From: Camelus dromedarius
Taxonomy: Eukaryota
Length of the DNA: 64,000 nucleotides
Direction: 5' to 3'
Assembly: GCF_036321535.1 (NCBI RefSeq)
Contig: NC_087436.1
Coordinates: 93,622,001-93,686,000, forward strand
Translations under genes and position numbers: made by a program
Shown: positions 59,839-64,000 of the stretch, piece after piece
Layout: every line of letters begins with the position of its first letter
Numbering within the stretch: the first letter of the stretch is position 1
The notes under the pieces: model-generated
The model's database searches: none
What the model saw: the letters and a program-made list of their open reading frames with translations, nothing else
Told to the model about the DNA's origin: nothing

Positions 59839-62033
59839 CATCCAATGATTGTTTATTGTATATTGGGCACCAAATCGTGACTGTTAGTTGGCTAGAAACT
59901 ATGAAAGGATTAATTTCTAGGAATCTCTAATTAAGTGTACAAATTCTAATCTGCAACTTTTTAAGAAATGTTGTTAAGCAGAATAAAGGATCTGGCCTTT
60001 CCTGTCAGAATTTAAAATCAGAGAGTGCTGGAAAACCCCAGAGCTCGTCCAGTTACCTGCATTCCTCGTGCAGATGAGAAGCGACTCAGTGGGAACGACT
60101 TCCAGGATCAGGGCTGAGAGGAAGACTGGGAGTCTGCTGGCCCTTTCTGCAGCTTCTTTTGCTATGTGTCTCTAATTTTTTCTAAAAGATGAGCCTCAAG
60201 TACTCTTATTAATCAGGAACTCATTGACTTTATTGAATAGTTTTTCTTGTTTCCCAATATTGTCTTGAATTGGAACGTTTTTCTTCTAATGTGTTTATGA
60301 ATTAGTTACTAAATGAGTTGGAATCTTGGATAAAATGAGCTTTTGGTTGTTTGTTTGTATTTGTATAATCTTCATAATTTTCTTGATGACTTACAGTCCA
60401 GGAATCGTAGACCCGAGGGTGGGGAAAGGAACAAGAGAAAGCTTTCATGATTCAACTACCTCACCAAAAAAGCCTTATTTTGTGTGGTAGATAATTGGAT
60501 TGACATTCATTAAGTAATTTTCCATGCCCCCCCTACCCTGATTCAGTGATATTTGCTAGTTAAAAAAAAATACCTATGTAAGTATGAAGATGATTGAATA
60601 TTTTCTCCATTTCTTCTTCTAGAATTAGATCTTACCATTGACAAGGCAGTGTTTTTCTATAGCAGTTTGTATTCAAGCTTCCTCTTCAAATCACGCATCG
60701 CGAAGTGACCTCACAGGTGAATAGACTTACCCTTAGATTGAAAAGTGACTGTTACCAAATAAGAAGGTAATTTTTGTCCCAGCATGGAGACTGTGGATGT
60801 GTCAAGTAGGAGCAGAATGTCCTTAGCTAGCATGCATGGCTGAATAGTGTGCGGCTTAGCCCAGCGTCACAGTTGCCTGATTTGGGGTGAAACAATGGAC
60901 CAGTTGCCAGTTTGGGGCTGAGCACACGTCTTTGGCAGTTGTCAAGGCATATTTGTGGGCGAAGTCCCTCAAACTGAGGAAACAATGCAGCCATCGCTTG
61001 CATCTTCTTATATTATCAGCGCTTGGTTATGAGTGCAAACAAGGGCGTCTCTTACCTTCATGTGAGAATGGTTGAACCATTTTGCCACTGCCTCTGCCAT
61101 GAAACCTCTTACCATCGGCCGCATCACTGTATCACATCCTCCCGGGCCCTGGAACGTGGGGTTTGTGTTTTACCTGCCAGTTGATAGGAAACTCAATTGT
61201 GCATTAGTTCTGAGACTTGTTGAATCTCCATTGGAGAGAAGGTTCCTTGTGGTCAGGGACAGCGTCTCCAGTGTCTTCCTGGCTATCATCTTTATATCTA
61301 TCACATATGGTAGTAATTCCTAGTCTGTGAGCCTCAGACCTCTGGGAAAAAGGAGATATTTCACAGTCTGTATATCTGCATGTGCACCCAGCGTTTTATA
61401 TGTGTGACTCTTTTTCAAATGTATTTATATACTGTTGAGACAAACATAACACAAGTTTTTTTTAAAGATAACACTGACTTATTATAGTTTGGGTCTTTTC
61501 CCAGTCATTACTTATGAAGAATACAGTAAAAGACACCCTCAAGCTTGCATTTTGAAAGCCACTGTCCCTCAGCATTTAGCAAGTGTGTTGCATTTTGAGA
61601 TATTTGGAATATTTCCCTATCTCAAGGCATCTGGTATGTTTTCTTCTGTGATATATGTTAAGAAAATGGACAGGGCTTCTCCTTTGTAGCACTAGTAACT
61701 TTTTCAGTTCTTTAATTCTTTGAATGAATATCTGATTAATATTCATCCCCACCCTTAGACTAGAAGCTCCTGATCCCTAGACTGCATCTGTCTATGGCCC
61801 ACTGCCTAGTAGAGTGACCCCCACATGGTAGGTTCAGTACATATGTTAGTAGTCAAAGGCTTTGTGATTACGACTGGTAAGTGGTTTTAGGACCACTCTT
61901 TAATATGTAGACACTTCTTCTTTTTAGGATTTGAGACTTCCTATAGTAATTAATGTGATCCCCAAAAGTCTACAGTCTCTGAATCAGAGGATTTAGAGAA
62001 ATATCTTAGCTAGTTTTAATGTTAAAGCAAAAT

Positions 62034-62052
62034 GTCTGCCACCTGGTGTCAG
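62034..62052 (-). promoter_or_regulatory. Candidate CTCF-binding motif
   Basis: Minus strand reads ctgACACCAGGTGGCAGac, a close match to the CTCF core CCASYAGRKGGCRS with one deviation, in an AT-rich unique context. Confidence 0.45.
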
Positions 62053-62727
62053 ATTAAGAATTAGCATCTTGGCTAATTCTTTCACCCAGTGAGTTCTATT
62101 AATGTACCATTTAGTTGTTACAGTAAATTATACATTTCACATAAAATTAAAATAAGCACCAGTATGAAATTGCTCCTAATTTGCTACTATGAAGCTAGAA
62201 TTTGTGGATTTGTATTCAACATTGTTGGGTTTTTCTAGATCTAAAAAGTAATTTGGAATTAAAGTCTAGTTTTAGTAAACTTTCTATATACTGTTAACTC
62301 TGTAGCACTGAGTTTTATAGAGGAGAGAAATAATAACTGTCTTATGTGAAACAAAAATAACCTTAAACATTATTAATATTTTATGAGTTTGCATCAATCT
62401 TATTACTGCTGATAGTTTTCCTAATAATTTTGGCTAAAAAGGAGGGATAAAAACTTCATTTAAACAAACAAACAAACAAAAAAACCTTTGAGTAACTTAA
62501 ATTTACTGATTTGGATTAAATGAGAAAGCAGGTATTCATGAGATTCCTTAGAATTAGATTCAGTCCAAGTCATGGGTTAAGAAATAAGAAAAGAGTTTTG
62601 TAAAGAATGAGGTTTACGTAGGGGAAAGTACTTACTGCATTCAAATCCATACTTACCTGAAAGCTGTTTATATGCACTGTCCAGGAGGCATTGTGGTGTG
62701 CTGTACTCCCTTCTAGGCCAATCCTGA

Positions 62728-62910
62728 GACAGTCTCTTCAATAAGTGGTGCTGGGAAAACTGGACAGCTACCTGTAGAAGACTGAAATTAGAACATTCTC
62801 TAACACAATGTACAAAAATAAACTCAAAATGGATTAAAGACCTAAATGTAAGACCAGATACTATAAAACTCCTAGAGGAAAACACAGGCAGAATACTCAC
62901 AGAATAAATC
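62728..62910 (+). mobile_element. Internal L1 ORF2 fragment without tail or TSD
   Basis: Open reading frame [57 protein letters not shown], which is L1 ORF2 C-terminal region. Confidence 0.9.
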
Positions 62911-63595
62911 TTAAGTGCTCAAAGAGCATATCAGATGGCAGTGGTAGTGTTGAGTGTCTCTCATTGTAGCAGGTGATATTTGGGGTAATGGCCTTGAGTC
63001 ACCAAAAAGAAGTAAAGGTATGCTTGGGCACTTGAAGAAAGCAGAGAAATGTGCAGTGAGCACGAGGCCCCTCAGCATTTGTATGCAGTCGTTTTGGCTC
63101 CTTGGAATGTATGTTCCTTGAAGGCAGTGACTGTATCTTATTCATACCTGTTTGAGAATTTATCTCGGAGTCCAGCCCAGAGCAGGGAGTTGTTCAGTAT
63201 GTTCCCTGATTGTGTTAGATTAAAGAGAATTACTTCTCTAGACTGATCTTCATGAAGATACTGGAATTAGAAAATTACATGTGCAGGCAAACTGTAAGTT
63301 CGGCATTCCTCCTTACAATTCCATAACAGAGAGGAAATAATGAGGCAGCTTCTGTTCTTTTAGACTCTATTAACATGAGATTTTAAATTATAATAAAACT
63401 GCAAATCTTTTTTTAATAGCTGTACATCCCATTCATTTACCGATTTACCGATTTGTTGGGTCTGTTCAAGCACACATTTATTGCACCTTCTGTGTACTTG
63501 GCTCTGGGCTAGATCCTGTGGGGCAGATGGGTGAGGATTGCTTCCTGCCCTCAAACAATTATGGATACGGAAGGTGTCGCTAATACGTTAGCTAT

Positions 63596-64000
63596 TGTTA
63601 TGGGTTGAATTGTGTTCTCCAAAAAGATAAGTTGAAATCCTAACACTTTGTACCTTTGGGAGTAGGGTCATTGCAAATGTCATCAAATTAAGATGAGGTC
63701 ATTAGGGACGACTGCCACCCTTATAGGAGGAGGGAAATTTGGACACAGGCACACAGGGAGAACACCACGTGAAGATGGAGATACACAGACGCAGAAGGAA
63801 GGTGGCCGTGTGAAGATGGAAGCAAATGTTGGAGTGATGCTGCTGCAAACCAGGGAGCATCTGGGCCGGTTAGAAGCTGAATGAGCCAGAGAAGGATCCT
63901 CCCCTAGAGTCTTGGGAGCATGGCTCCCTCAACACGTTGATTTTAGATTTCCAGGCTCCGGGACTGTGAAACAAATTTCTGTTGTTATAAACCACCCAGT
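63596..64000 (+). mobile_element. MLT1 (B/C-type) LTR, runs off the window end
   Basis: tgttatgggttgaattgtgttctccaaaa...ggagaacaccacgtgaagatggag...aaatttctgttgttataaaccacccagt. Confidence 0.88.

Noticed and set aside
1..64000. CRISPR arrays, prokaryotic operons or defence systems, NUMTs, processed pseudogenes, snRNA/snoRNA genes
   Set aside because: None were recognised. There are no regularly spaced repeats or long non-repeat ORFs besides the APBB2 exon. Small ncRNAs cannot be excluded without an Infernal/Rfam search.

Overview
Mammalian genomic DNA, almost certainly camelid: it carries tRNA-Ala-derived Vic-1-type SINEs and a camelid-type L1 3' end (...TACACCAGAAATTGACACATTGTAA...CTTCAAT-polyA). 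The whole window lies inside APBB2 (FE65-like 1, APP-binding family B member 2) on the + strand. Only two exons are supported: a short start-codon exon (~14198-14266, MSEVLP) and a large 813-nt exon (26617-27429) encoding the low-complexity N-terminal region. The next exon, which encodes the WW domain, is not in the window. The rest is intron, densely filled with L1, L2, MIR, MLT1/MER21 LTRs and hAT/Tigger DNA transposon fossils. Almost all ORFs in the supplied track are repeat-derived or random. I see no convincing new biological system. The notable signals are atypical insertion scars: an L1 with an ~80-87 bp target-site duplication, a recent 66-bp templated insertion copied from 1.4 kb upstream, an L1 3' transduction inside Charlie1a, tail-less internal L1 fragments and 36-44 bp micro-insertions. 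Exon phasing would also make back-spliced APBB2 circles translatable. Repeat family names come from recall of consensus sequences, not from a RepeatMasker run, and repeat boundaries are approximate.
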